Virus record (IMG/VR): IMGVR_UViG_3300048581_000044
Location: 25,138-89,137 of that record
Strand: one strand, 5' to 3'
Source: a virus
Lineage: Duplodnaviria > Caudoviricetes
DNA: 64,000 nucleotides
In this document: one piece after another, positions 9,250-18,390 of the stretch
Layout: every line of letters begins with the position of its first letter
How positions within the stretch are numbered: the first letter of the stretch is position 1
Made by a program: the position numbers and the translations under genes
Notes under the pieces: generated by a model
The model's database searches: none
What the model was told of the DNA's origin: nothing
What the model saw: only the letters and a program-made list of their open reading frames with translations

Positions 9250-9488
9250 CTCCAATCGATCTTGGTACGTACAAAATGCGTAACGGCCTCACAGCCACCG
9301 TCATATCGATCTCACGTCGCGTTCCCTGTACAGACAAAACCACCGGTGCCCACGGCTTTGTAGACATCGCTTGGGGCGTTGATAGCTTGAACAACACGCA
9401 TATGTGGGACGTTGCAACTGGCGCACGGCCTCCCTGCGCAGAAGACGAAACCACCCCGCTAGACCTTATCGAAAGGATTTCAGAATGA
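9246..9488 (+). CDS. hypothetical protein
   Basis: ATGA overlap; GTYKMRNG...W...G...DL motif. Confidence 0.6.
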   Translation: MTPIDLGTYKMRNGLTATVISISRRVPCTDKTTGAHGFVDIAWGVDSLNNTHMWDVATGARPPCAEDETTPLDLIERISE

Positions 9489-9790
9489 AAGCGAAAGCTG
9501 TCTTTACCCCGACCGACGAACAGCTCCGCCGTGCTTATACGTTAAAGCCTTTGGCACAGGCTATTATCGATACGCGAGAAGCTGTCATACGTGCAGAGAC
9601 TGTATTAATGAAGGCTAAAGCTGCTTACAAAGACGCTGCGGCGGTAAGCGTAGACGTTCAGATTGAGACGCTGGTTTTTTCCAACGACCTTTGCAAGAAT
9701 CTCGTCGCCAGCTACTGTGTTTATAGCAAAGGGGCTGACTCAGCCGAGCCCGTCTGTATCTTTTGCGGCTCCTCGCCAAAGGCTCCTTAG
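9485..9790 (+). CDS. hypothetical protein with C-terminal CxxC
   Basis: ATGA overlap with the previous gene. Confidence 0.55.
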   Translation: MKAKAVFTPTDEQLRRAYTLKPLAQAIIDTREAVIRAETVLMKAKAAYKDAAAVSVDVQIETLVFSNDLCKNLVASYCVYSKGADSAEPVCIFCGSSPKAP

Positions 9791-9792
9791 CC

Positions 9793-10200
9793 ATGCCTAT
9801 CCAAACACTCGAATTCATCAGCCGCGCTTTTGCGCGTGCTCATCCTAACGATCTTTTCGTCTTCGGTGATAACCTCGCACGTAATGGCTTTGGCGGACAG
9901 GCTAGGGAAATGCGTGGGGAGCCTAACGCTATCGGACTGCCAACAAAGCGCTTGCCCTCTATGCGTCCTGAAGCTTTTCTATCAGATGCCGACTTGTCTG
10001 AGATCACGCGTGTCATCGCCGTCGATTGCTTGCGCCTTATGGATCAGCTCAAGCATGGCGGCGTTGTTTTTATGTCCTCTCACGGTATTGGAACAGGCCG
10101 TGCGCGGCTTGCAGAAAAAGCGCCAAAAATCTTCATTTACTATGATGACTTTTTCGAAACCCTGCGAAAAATAGCAAAACAGGCCGCCCCTCCCTCTTGA
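9793..10200 (+). CDS. conserved phage protein, possible Macro-like fold
   Basis: FVFGDNL.R.G.GGQA..MRGEPNAIGLPTK and GIGTGRA motifs. Confidence 0.55.
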   Translation: MPIQTLEFISRAFARAHPNDLFVFGDNLARNGFGGQAREMRGEPNAIGLPTKRLPSMRPEAFLSDADLSEITRVIAVDCLRLMDQLKHGGVVFMSSHGIGTGRARLAEKAPKIFIYYDDFFETLRKIAKQAAPPS

Positions 10201-10253
10201 CTCAGCTGTCTATCTTTTCGTAGAACTCTCACCCCTAAGAAGACTTTTCATTT

Positions 10254-11171
10254 ATGGCAAACGCCAAAGACCTTACCACCGCTAACACCTTTCAACGCAT
10301 TCTCGCAGTCGGCCTTGGCGGCGCAGGCAAGACCTCACAGCTTTTAACGCTTCCAGGAAAAGTATTTGGCTATATTTTCGATCCGAGTGCGCTTGCCTCC
10401 TTGGCAGGCCACGATATCGAATATGCGCTTTTCCTCCCCGAGGCGGCAGAACTCGACGCCACGTTGAAAGGCTTTAATAAGAACGCAAGGCCCGACGACA
10501 AGCCGAAAGGCGCACGTGAGCCAACTGTTTATTCACGCTGGGTTGAAGACTTGAATCAACGTGAGAAAGACGGCTTTTTCAAAACAATCGACTGGCTTTA
10601 TCTCGACTCTCTCACGCTGCTCAAAAGCGCCTTGATGGACCGGCAGCTTTGGATCAATAATCGCTATGGCTCTATCGAGGACCTTGGTGATTATCGTGTC
10701 ACAGGCTCTAAGCTTGTCGAGGTTCTCCGTTCCGTCTTTTCTCTCCCAGTCAACATCTTCTGCACCGGGCATTTAACATCCTATCAGGACGAAAAGACTA
10801 AAAAGATCGAAGTCCAAGTCGATCTCCCCGGCAAAGCGCGTTTAATGCTTCCCTTGTTGTGCTCAAACATCTGGGAATTCCGCGCCACCACTGAAGATGA
10901 AGAGCGTTACAACATGCTAACCCGCCCGGAAGTCCGAGGCTTCCAGAGCATCCGTTCTTCTATTAAAGACCTCCCTCCCGTCATCGACGTGACGATCAAG
11001 GACTTCTCTCATCCCGGCGACTACGGCGTCGGTGCAATTCTCGCCGGAAAAATAACCAAAGGCATGGCTCTTTCCGGCAATTCCAAGCCAGAACGCCCAG
11101 CCTTAAAAAAGCTCCAAACTCTCCCTGCTAGCGATTCGAGTGCCGCCAGCAAAGAGCCCTCCGCGTCCTAA
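10254..11171 (+). CDS. AAA_24/Sak4-like P-loop ATPase
   Basis: GLGGAGKT Walker A, LYLDSLT Walker B; lies between the nuclease/helicase genes and the SSB-like gene. Confidence 0.75.
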   Translation: MANAKDLTTANTFQRILAVGLGGAGKTSQLLTLPGKVFGYIFDPSALASLAGHDIEYALFLPEAAELDATLKGFNKNARPDDKPKGAREPTVYSRWVEDLNQREKDGFFKTIDWLYLDSLTLLKSALMDRQLWINNRYGSIEDLGDYRVTGSKLVEVLRSVFSLPVNIFCTGHLTSYQDEKTKKIEVQVDLPGKARLMLPLLCSNIWEFRATTEDEERYNMLTRPEVRGFQSIRSSIKDLPPVIDVTIKDFSHPGDYGVGAILAGKITKGMALSGNSKPERPALKKLQTLPASDSSAASKEPSAS

Positions 11172-11201
11172 CCGCACTCACTCAATCAGGAGACTCAATT
11201 C

Positions 11202-11612
11202 ATGCCTCTTATCCGTGACGACGAAAACTATGCCGATTTGGAAGACAAGACGATTTCCAAGGAAGGCGAATATCCGCTCCGTATCATCAAGGGCGAATAC
11301 AAGGCGACCAAGGCCGGTGACAACCACATGATCGTGGCGACTCTCTCGGTCGAGGGCGAGGAAGGCGAAGGTGTTGCGCCGTTCCAGCATTACATGACTG
11401 TCCCGTCTGCCGATGGCAAAGGCCAGTATGACCGTATGCGCAAGCGTGATCTCGTGCGCTTCTTGGTCAAGTTTGGCGTTGATCCCAAGGCGTTTGATCC
11501 CGAAGAAGACGCGCCTCAGCTCGCCGGTCTGACAGCTACGGTGCTCGTGAAGCTCGAAAAGGGCGACGATGACGAGTTTTACCCGCGTCTGCGCCTGCCG
11601 CGCATCGCTTAA
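11202..11612 (+). CDS. DUF669-like putative single-stranded DNA-binding protein
   Basis: EGEYPLRI...KAGDNHMIVATL...; follows the AAA ATPase; AGGAG RBS. Confidence 0.65.
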   Translation: MPLIRDDENYADLEDKTISKEGEYPLRIIKGEYKATKAGDNHMIVATLSVEGEEGEGVAPFQHYMTVPSADGKGQYDRMRKRDLVRFLVKFGVDPKAFDPEEDAPQLAGLTATVLVKLEKGDDDEFYPRLRLPRIA

Positions 11613-11636
11613 TCGGCGGTTTGCGGAAGGCTTTTT

Positions 11637-11685
11637 AGGGCGTCAGGGGTTTTGTGTTTGTACATGTTCCTCTGACGCTCTTTCT
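11637..11685 (+). terminator. hairpin, possible terminator or processing site
   Basis: 13-bp stem (AGGGCGTCAGGGG / CCTCTGACGCTCT, 2 GU pairs), 19-nt loop, short U-rich tail. Confidence 0.4.
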
Positions 11686-11708
11686 TCCTCCTTGGAGATC
11701 AGTTCCTC

Positions 11709-11939
11709 ATGCCAAAAGCTCTTATTTCCCGTGGCCGCGAGAAAAAGCCCATCTTAGGCAAGAACGGCCGAGTTTTAACCGTTAAGCATCTGGCCGAAAA
11801 GGATTATCAGACTATCCACCAGTTGCCACACGGCTTTAGGCAAAAAGTCCTAAAGGCTCTTCTCGCCTGTGCGACACAGCGGTCTAAGCGTTACGGCCCC
11901 GGCTGGCACCTGAAGCTCTTGTCACAGAAGACGCTCTAA
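11709..11939 (+). CDS. hypothetical protein
   Basis: 76-aa basic ORF with GGAG RBS. Confidence 0.55.
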   Translation: MPKALISRGREKKPILGKNGRVLTVKHLAEKDYQTIHQLPHGFRQKVLKALLACATQRSKRYGPGWHLKLLSQKTL

Positions 11940-11940
11940 C

Positions 11941-12519
11941 ATGGCAATCGTGCGACTGCCTCCCAAAATCGCGCCTGTCGTCGCTTCTAAGGCAGTCTCA
12001 GCGCCCACACGTTCTTTAGTTCTCCTCTCTAAGCCAGCCGCGTCTTCCCCACCTGTAGCCGCACCTGTAGCAGCCTCTGAGACGTCTCAGCCCGCCCCTC
12101 TTCCTCCCCCGGCTCCCACTCCCGTCTCTGTCCCTCAACCGCCGCCAGCCGCTTCCGCTGCTCCTTCTGGCCCAGAAATCACGGCCGCAGCGGCTAAGAA
12201 GCTGGCCCAGATCGGCGGGGACTTCCTAGCCCTCTCTCCCGAAGCAGCCTTAGCAGCTGTCTTGGAAACACGAGAACGCCGCAGCCAGCGGCAGGTGACG
12301 ATCTCGGCTACCAAGCGCAAAGCACCTAAGCCTCCCAAGGCGCTTAAATCGATCAAGGTTCCTAAAGAGCCTAAGCTGCCCAAAGCGCCAAAAGTCCCCA
12401 AGGTTCCAAAGCCCAAAAAGCGAAAAGGAAAAATCGATGAAACAAGCGAAGAAAGTCACAGTGACACGTCGAGTAATTCGGTCGAAGCGTTCGGCGAAGA
12501 AGGTATTTCACAAGAATGA
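11941..12519 (+). CDS. Pro/Ala-rich, KxPK-repeat low-complexity protein
   Basis: PKPPKALKSIKVPKEPKLPKAPKVPKVPKPKKRKGK tract. Confidence 0.65.
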   Translation: MAIVRLPPKIAPVVASKAVSAPTRSLVLLSKPAASSPPVAAPVAASETSQPAPLPPPAPTPVSVPQPPPAASAAPSGPEITAAAAKKLAQIGGDFLALSPEAALAAVLETRERRSQRQVTISATKRKAPKPPKALKSIKVPKEPKLPKAPKVPKVPKPKKRKGKIDETSEESHSDTSSNSVEAFGEEGISQE

Positions 12520-12973
12520 AGAGAAGGCTTTTTTTGAAGAAGCTCTTCAACATGTAGCACGTTCCCAAGCTGCGCTAGCCGCAAATTCTGAATCGAACAA
12601 TGAGCCTGCAACACCTATAGCTATTACGCTTCCGCGTGAACAGCTCATTGCCTCCGCCAAAGAACTCATCTGCACCGACCGCAATTACTCCTACGGCGAT
12701 CCGATGGAGAACTTTGGCGTCGTAGCAGCGTTGAAGGCTACTTTCTGGAGGGCCATACAGCGTTCAAAAAACACAGCCCTTGTTGAATGGCGTCCGGCAA
12801 TCCATTCGCAAAATAGCGCCTTCGGTCACGCTATCGACATGATCCTCCTCAACCTCGCGCGTCTCGCTACCTCTCCTAAGAGCGTCTACGAGAAAGATCG
12901 CTTTCTCGACTTGATTGGCTATTCCGCCCTAGCTGGAGAAATCGTTGAGCGTGTCCGCGCCGAAAAGCCCTAA
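12437..12973 (+). CDS. DUF6378-like protein (dNTP diphosphohydrolase-related)
   Basis: DRNYSYGDPMENF...AL...M.LL.LARL...D...DLIGYSAL pattern; start uncertain. Confidence 0.6.
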   Translation: MKQAKKVTVTRRVIRSKRSAKKVFHKNEEKAFFEEALQHVARSQAALAANSESNNEPATPIAITLPREQLIASAKELICTDRNYSYGDPMENFGVVAALKATFWRAIQRSKNTALVEWRPAIHSQNSAFGHAIDMILLNLARLATSPKSVYEKDRFLDLIGYSALAGEIVERVRAEKP

Positions 12974-12978
12974 CTACA

Positions 12979-13350
12979 ATGAACATCCCACATGTCAAAA
13001 TCGAGCGTCGTGTCTTCCACCCGATCAACGCCTGCCCTCCACCCTTCCCTCAAGCCCATCCGCTTGTGCATTTCATTTATGTCCAAATGCTCAACGAGCG
13101 GATGTCACGAGCCGAGGTAGCGCGTAGGGCAGGCTTAGCCGTCGCTACAATGATTTCTTGGTGGAAGGCGCCAAACAAAAAAGGAAAAGGCGGCATTGCG
13201 ATCCAAAATCTCGAAGCCGCCCTTGGCGTGTTTGGTTACGCTTTAAAACCCACCCCGCTCCAAGATCAAACCATCGCTCCGCCTAAGCGCAAGCGCAAAA
13301 CCGGTCCTCAAAAGAATTTCACGCTTATCCCTTTGGAGAAGCTTCCTTGA
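12979..13350 (+). CDS. XRE-like HTH protein
   Basis: MSRAEVARRAGLAVATMISW...NLEAALGVFGYAL. Confidence 0.65.
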   Translation: MNIPHVKIERRVFHPINACPPPFPQAHPLVHFIYVQMLNERMSRAEVARRAGLAVATMISWWKAPNKKGKGGIAIQNLEAALGVFGYALKPTPLQDQTIAPPKRKRKTGPQKNFTLIPLEKLP

Positions 13351-15113
13351 CAACCGAATACGAAGACGGCTCAGACGATGCGCCTATTTGTCTCTTGGGA
13401 GAAGCACCGTCTTTTGTCGAGATGAAAGAGCACAAGCCCTTTGTCGGCCCGGCTGGTGAAATCCTCGAACGTTGTATGCACTCAGCTGGAATCCCTCGAC
13501 GTAACTGTCGAATCCTAAACGTCTTCGAAACCCCAATCGTCAAGCCGAAAATCTCCAAAGGCAAAATCTTCAACCGTGACGGGGAGCTTCTCTGGGCTCC
13601 TGGCAAAGGCTTTACCGAAGCAGGCCACGCTGCCACAGCTTCCTCTCTCATGCGCCTTCGTCGCACGACTTCTAACGTTATCGTCCCTATGGGTGGGGTT
13701 GCCTTAACCCTCGCTCTCGAAGCGCGTTCGATTACAAAATGGCGTGGCTCAATTATCCCAGGCGGTGAGCAAATCAACCACCGCAAGATTGTCCCTACAA
13801 TCCACCCTTCTGCTGTCCTGCAAGGCAAATATGAATACCGCTATCTCATTATCAACGACCTCAAGCGCGCCAAGCGTGAGAGCGCTTATCCTGACATCCG
13901 CCCGATCAAGCGCAATTTAATCATCGATCCCACTTATGAGCAGTGCATTTCTTTTCTCGAAAAATGTCTAGACGCCAAGCTTGTCAACACCGACATTGAG
14001 CTTCTTCATGGGCACATGGATTGCTTCTCTCTCGCTATCGATCCCTTAGAAGCCATCTCAATCCCAATCGTCGATGCGACGTTTGAAAGCCGCTGGAGCC
14101 CAGAAGAAGAGCTTAAAATCTTCCAACTCTACGCTCAGATCATCGGCGCACCCCATATTGCTAAGGTTAACCAAAACATCACCTTCGATTTAGCGACTCT
14201 CCTTCAGCTTTACAGAATCGTCCCTCGTGGTGTTGTCCATGATCCTATGGTCGCACATTCGATTATGTATACGACTTTGGATAAAAGCCTGGGGCTGATT
14301 TGTTCTATGCACGCCGAAGAGCCTTATTACAAGGACGACGGGCAGCTTCACGACTCCCCAACCGTGGCGGATTTTACCCGTCGCTGGGAATACAATGCGA
14401 AAGACTCTGCGATCTCGTTAGAAAGCTGGCTTGCCTTAGAACCCTCTATCGATCCAGAAGGCTATCGTGCTACCTACGACATGACGATAAACGTTGTTTC
14501 ATCGCTTATTTACATGATGGCGCATGGGATTCCTGTTAACGCTAAGGCTCTGATCGCTACACGCGAGGAAGCAAACGCACAACTAATCGCAATTGTTGAG
14601 CGCTTGAGAAAGAGCTTTAACCGACCGATTCTCACAGAGGCCCCTAAACGTGCGGCTGATAAGCGTGCGGCTATTGCGGCTAACGCTATCAACATCAACT
14701 CTCCCGCACAGCTTTGCGCTTATTTCTATGGTGAAAAAGGCTTGCGTCCTTATAAAAACATGGCAGGCGCCCCAACTGTTGATGACAAGGCACTCACGCG
14801 AATCGCTTCACGCTTCAGCTTGGAAGAAGCTCGAACACTCCAAGAATATCGCAAGATCGATAAGATCATCTCGACTTATTTGAACGTCCGCTATGACGTG
14901 GATGGAAAGCTAAGAAGCTCGTTTAATATCCGGGGAGCTTGGACAGGGCGGTTAAGTTCGTCGCAGACTGTGTTTGAGACAGGCTTGAACTTCCAAAACC
15001 TCCCGATTGTGTTCCGGCAATTTATGGAGGGGGAGGGTGTTGAGGCACATCCGCATTTGGAAGAAATTATGAAAATCCCTGAAAGCCAACTCGAATGGAA
15101 TCCCGAACCATGA
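13347..15113 (+). CDS. family A DNA polymerase, N-terminal part: UDG family-4-like domain + 3'-5' exonuclease + thumb/start of palm
   Basis: LLGEAP...PFVGPAG...HPSAVL (UDG); TDIE, NQNITFD, YNAKD (Exo I-III); TGRLSS...NFQNLP at the end; motifs A-C absent. Confidence 0.9.
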   Translation: MTTEYEDGSDDAPICLLGEAPSFVEMKEHKPFVGPAGEILERCMHSAGIPRRNCRILNVFETPIVKPKISKGKIFNRDGELLWAPGKGFTEAGHAATASSLMRLRRTTSNVIVPMGGVALTLALEARSITKWRGSIIPGGEQINHRKIVPTIHPSAVLQGKYEYRYLIINDLKRAKRESAYPDIRPIKRNLIIDPTYEQCISFLEKCLDAKLVNTDIELLHGHMDCFSLAIDPLEAISIPIVDATFESRWSPEEELKIFQLYAQIIGAPHIAKVNQNITFDLATLLQLYRIVPRGVVHDPMVAHSIMYTTLDKSLGLICSMHAEEPYYKDDGQLHDSPTVADFTRRWEYNAKDSAISLESWLALEPSIDPEGYRATYDMTINVVSSLIYMMAHGIPVNAKALIATREEANAQLIAIVERLRKSFNRPILTEAPKRAADKRAAIAANAININSPAQLCAYFYGEKGLRPYKNMAGAPTVDDKALTRIASRFSLEEARTLQEYRKIDKIISTYLNVRYDVDGKLRSSFNIRGAWTGRLSSSQTVFETGLNFQNLPIVFRQFMEGEGVEAHPHLEEIMKIPESQLEWNPEP

Positions 15114-15397
15114 AAACCTTTCTTATCTCTGCCCTAACTTGCTTCCCAAGCTTCAACTCCCCTACCGAAGATATGGGCCATCGTGCAGCAATCGTTGCAG
15201 CAAATTCGCAACAAGAAGCTATCGGGATTTTTGTGCTGGATGCTTTTAAAAGCAGCCCCTGTGCAATCACTGATGTGAACGCTTCCGAGCTTGGGGATGA
15301 CGGTGTTCCGGGCTTTAAGCGCGTTGTGGAAGAAGTTATGAAGCCTATCCCCCTTGAAGACGCGCATGGAGAGCTGCCAGCCGAAAGCCATTCCTAA
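15110..15397 (+). CDS. hypothetical protein inserted between the polymerase halves
   Basis: ATGA overlap with the PolA-N stop; TAATG overlap with the next gene. Confidence 0.55.
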   Translation: MKTFLISALTCFPSFNSPTEDMGHRAAIVAANSQQEAIGIFVLDAFKSSPCAITDVNASELGDDGVPGFKRVVEEVMKPIPLEDAHGELPAESHS

Positions 15398-15975
15398 TGC
15401 ACGACACAGCGCGCGAACTCGGCAAGCTCTTCCTCAGCCTCTACCATTCCCCCTCTTGTACAACCATCCTCGACTTTGGCGCCATGAACATCAACGGCAC
15501 CTTGCGCGACTACTGCCCACCCGGCGTGACCTATCTTGGCGTTGATCTCTCCCCCGGCCCGGACGTTGATCTAACGCTCGACGCCTTCAATTCCCTCCGC
15601 TACCCTTCCACCCGCTACGACCTCATCCTCGCAACTTCCGTCTTTGAGCACGACGCCCTTTTCTGGAACACCTTTACCGAACTCTGTTCCCTCCTCTCGC
15701 TCCAGGGCGCCCTTTATCTCAACGTCCCCTCAGACGGCAAAGTCCACCGCCACCCGCTTGACTGCTGGCGCTTCTACCCTGACGCGGGCTTGGCGCTTCA
15801 GCGTTGGAGCGTGCTTGCAGGCTGTCCTGTGAGGCTTATTGAGAGCTTTGTTGCGAATCAAGGAGGCGAGGGCTGGAGCGATTTTGTTGCTGTCTTTTCC
15901 CCTAGCGCGCTGATGCCTAGATTGGCGAACGCTTATGGCATGAGAAATCTAACACATTACCAAACTGGACAATGA
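15397..15975 (+). CDS. class I SAM-dependent methyltransferase (small-molecule/glycan type)
   Basis: ILDFGAMNING motif I, YLGVD, YDLILATSVFEHD, HRHPLDCWRFYPD. Confidence 0.85.
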   Translation: MHDTARELGKLFLSLYHSPSCTTILDFGAMNINGTLRDYCPPGVTYLGVDLSPGPDVDLTLDAFNSLRYPSTRYDLILATSVFEHDALFWNTFTELCSLLSLQGALYLNVPSDGKVHRHPLDCWRFYPDAGLALQRWSVLAGCPVRLIESFVANQGGEGWSDFVAVFSPSALMPRLANAYGMRNLTHYQTGQ

Positions 15976-15978
15976 TTC

Positions 15979-17868
15979 ATGCTTCTTAACTTTGACCTTT
16001 CGGGTGCCGAGTGGAACGTGGTCGCTTATCTTTCCCAAGACCCAGGGATGCAAGCTGTTGTGCGCTCTGGGAAGTCTCCCCACATTGTCACGGGGGCCAA
16101 GATCAGCGGGCTACCTGAAGACGTTGTAAAGAAAGAAGCGTCAATTATCGGCGACCTGAATGACCCAATTCATATCTCAGAGCTTCGGCAGACAGAGCTT
16201 AAAGGACTTTTGGACGGTGCTAAGTTCCTGCCGCGCACGATGTCTATTCGTCAAGCCGGTAAGAAGTGCCTTGTAGCTGGAACAGAAGTTCTCACACCTG
16301 AAGGTTGGGTAAAGATAGAGGATGTAAAGCAAGGCGATAAAGTCCTACAATGGGATGCTGGAGAGCTTAGCTTTGTAGAGACAAGCGCTATTTATAAATA
16401 TGCTCTAGCTCCAGCTGAGGAGCTTATAGCTTTAAAAGGCCGACATTTTAGCCAGACTGTGACAGCAAACCACCGCTTGCCACTAAAGCATTTGAAAAAA
16501 TACTTCTTCGAAGAATGTACCGCCGCCACACTGCCTGAAAACTGTACGTATGGCATACCGTTATCTGGAAACCTAAACAATAAAACAAGCCTATTAAACG
16601 CCTACGAGACACGCTTACTTGTCGCTATTCAAGCAGACGGCGTTATCAACCCCTACGGACAGGTAGTGTTCAAATTTGCAAAGGAAAGAAAACGCGATAG
16701 GCTTGATAGTATTTTAAGCGCTCTCGGAATCAGCGTAACGATCACTAAGGGAAACCAGTTTCACATCCCACGCGGTCCTATAATTGACAAGCTTGTGAAG
16801 TTGCTAACAGGTGGTTTTGTCTACGAACGTCAGGAACGCCACGCTGTAAAAACCCTTCGTCATGGAGCGCTTTTAAAAAATTACGGCCTTTATCTTTTAC
16901 AGCTTGGTATTACAGAACTACAAGCTTTTGTTAATGAGCAACAATTCTGGGACGGGCACAACCGAAATGGTGGTGCTTGCTTTCAGGCTTTTACGACAAA
17001 CAAGAACAACGCTGACTGGATACAGACCATAAGTCATCTGTGTGGGTGTCGTTGTACTTTAATAAGTCGCGAACCAACTGGGGGATTTGGAAAAAAGACT
17101 CTTCATTGGTTGAGCATTGGAAAGGCTGACACTACCACAACCTCAGTGCTAAAACGTAGTAGCGTAAAGGCCGATAGCGTTTACTGTTTGACAGTTCCAA
17201 GTGGATTCTTCATGGTTAGATATGAAAGTATCATAAGTATAAGCGGTAATAGCAATCACTCGCTGAACTACAGACTTGGTTATCGAACATTCGCACAGCG
17301 CAATGAAATGGATGAAAAGGAAGCGCAAAAGATCGTAAATCTATACCGCGGTGAACGCATCGGGTCAACTATCCGCGGTGGTGCCTACCCCGAGCTAAAT
17401 CACTGGTACGACCGGATCGATGAGCAAATCCGCAAGACCCGTACCATGACAAACTGCTTTGGGCGGAAGATGTATTTCATGGGCCAAATGGGCGATGATC
17501 TCTTTCGAGAAGCCACCGCGGCCGTCCCGCAGTCAACCGTCGTGGATATCACCAATCGTGCGATGCCTTTGATGCTTAATGACAGCTCTCCAGCTTTTGA
17601 GCCTGCGAAATTGCTCGCACAGGTTCACGATTCAACACTTATCGATTATGTCTCGATGGAATTTCACGCCATGGCGCGGTTTGTTATAAAAATGGGACTC
17701 GATTATCTTAGCCCAACGCTCGATTATGGCGAGCCTTTTAAGCTTGGCGTTGATCTTAAAGCGGGTGTTAATTGGGGCGAGAGTATGAAAAAGATAGACA
17801 TGACTCCTGATGAAGATGTCATGGCTGAACGCTTAAAACTATGTTGGAAAGCTTTTAGCCTCATGTGA
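15979..17868 (+). CDS. family A DNA polymerase, C-terminal catalytic part, intein-containing
   Basis: Motif A NFDLSGAE, motif B RQAGKK|SNHSLNY interrupted by the intein, motif C QVHDS. Confidence 0.92.
   Translation: MLLNFDLSGAEWNVVAYLSQDPGMQAVVRSGKSPHIVTGAKISGLPEDVVKKEASIIGDLNDPIHISELRQTELKGLLDGAKFLPRTMSIRQAGKKCLVAGTEVLTPEGWVKIEDVKQGDKVLQWDAGELSFVETSAIYKYALAPAEELIALKGRHFSQTVTANHRLPLKHLKKYFFEECTAATLPENCTYGIPLSGNLNNKTSLLNAYETRLLVAIQADGVINPYGQVVFKFAKERKRDRLDSILSALGISVTITKGNQFHIPRGPIIDKLVKLLTGGFVYERQERHAVKTLRHGALLKNYGLYLLQLGITELQAFVNEQQFWDGHNRNGGACFQAFTTNKNNADWIQTISHLCGCRCTLISREPTGGFGKKTLHWLSIGKADTTTTSVLKRSSVKADSVYCLTVPSGFFMVRYESIISISGNSNHSLNYRLGYRTFAQRNEMDEKEAQKIVNLYRGERIGSTIRGGAYPELNHWYDRIDEQIRKTRTMTNCFGRKMYFMGQMGDDLFREATAAVPQSTVVDITNRAMPLMLNDSSPAFEPAKLLAQVHDSTLIDYVSMEFHAMARFVIKMGLDYLSPTLDYGEPFKLGVDLKAGVNWGESMKKIDMTPDEDVMAERLKLCWKAFSLM
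16267..17250 (+). mobile_element. intein (328 aa) with LAGLIDADG-type endonuclease in PolA motif B
   Basis: Starts CLVAGTEVLTPEGW; block B TANH; AIQADG and FWDG; ends VYCLTVPSG...SGN followed by +1 Ser. Confidence 0.92.
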
Positions 17869-18114
17869 TAGCATCTGTCACCGCCTCAAGCAGCCATTTC
17901 GTTTCGATTCGGTTGGCGCTGGCGTTGATCTGGAGAAAGGAACTGAGGGATGATCCTGGGTCACTCATGTCATTTTCCTTCCGGTTGCGGCGCGCTCGCC
18001 AGAGCGGTCACAAACTCCTGCGCCCTGGATACCATGTCACCGACGCTGCTCATGACTTACCTCTACGTTTGTACTGCGAATATGGCTGAGGGCAACCCCC
18101 GAACAGCGCATCCA

Positions 18115-18390
18115 CTATTGCTTTTTTACAGGTTCCTGGTCAGATATTTGAGCACTGTATTGCGCCATTAGTTCAGTGTATAGATTCGTAATACCAGCCC
18201 GATTCGCGTCGGCAAGGGTGATCCTACCCACACCGTCGAGAATAATAGCAGCATCAGATCGTTTCATTTTCAGTGTAATGACCTGATCGGCTCTTGGACG
18301 CGGTTGTGGAACAAGTATATCGGCAGAAAATGCAGGTACTATGACCATCAGTATGAAGGCCACGCAATACGCTTTTTTCATTTTGGGCAT
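18115..18390 (-). CDS. small protein with predicted signal peptide
   Basis: MKKAYCVAFILMVIVPAFS-A; GAGGT RBS. Confidence 0.6.
   Translation of the reverse strand: MPKMKKAYCVAFILMVIVPAFSADILVPQPRPRADQVITLKMKRSDAAIILDGVGRITLADANRAGITNLYTELMAQYSAQISDQEPVKKQ

Noticed and set aside
15030-15978. Group I intron explaining the split polymerase (as in SPO1)
   Set aside because: The insert is fully occupied by two coupled ORFs unrelated to homing endonucleases. I saw no P/Q/R/S-like core, and the obvious U|...G| junction I tried did not restore the frame. RT-PCR would be decisive.
17865-18114. 74-aa + strand ORF after PolA
   Set aside because: Lies in the convergence zone of the two arms and has no recognisable motif. 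It has a GTGA-type overlap but no other support, so it is not called.
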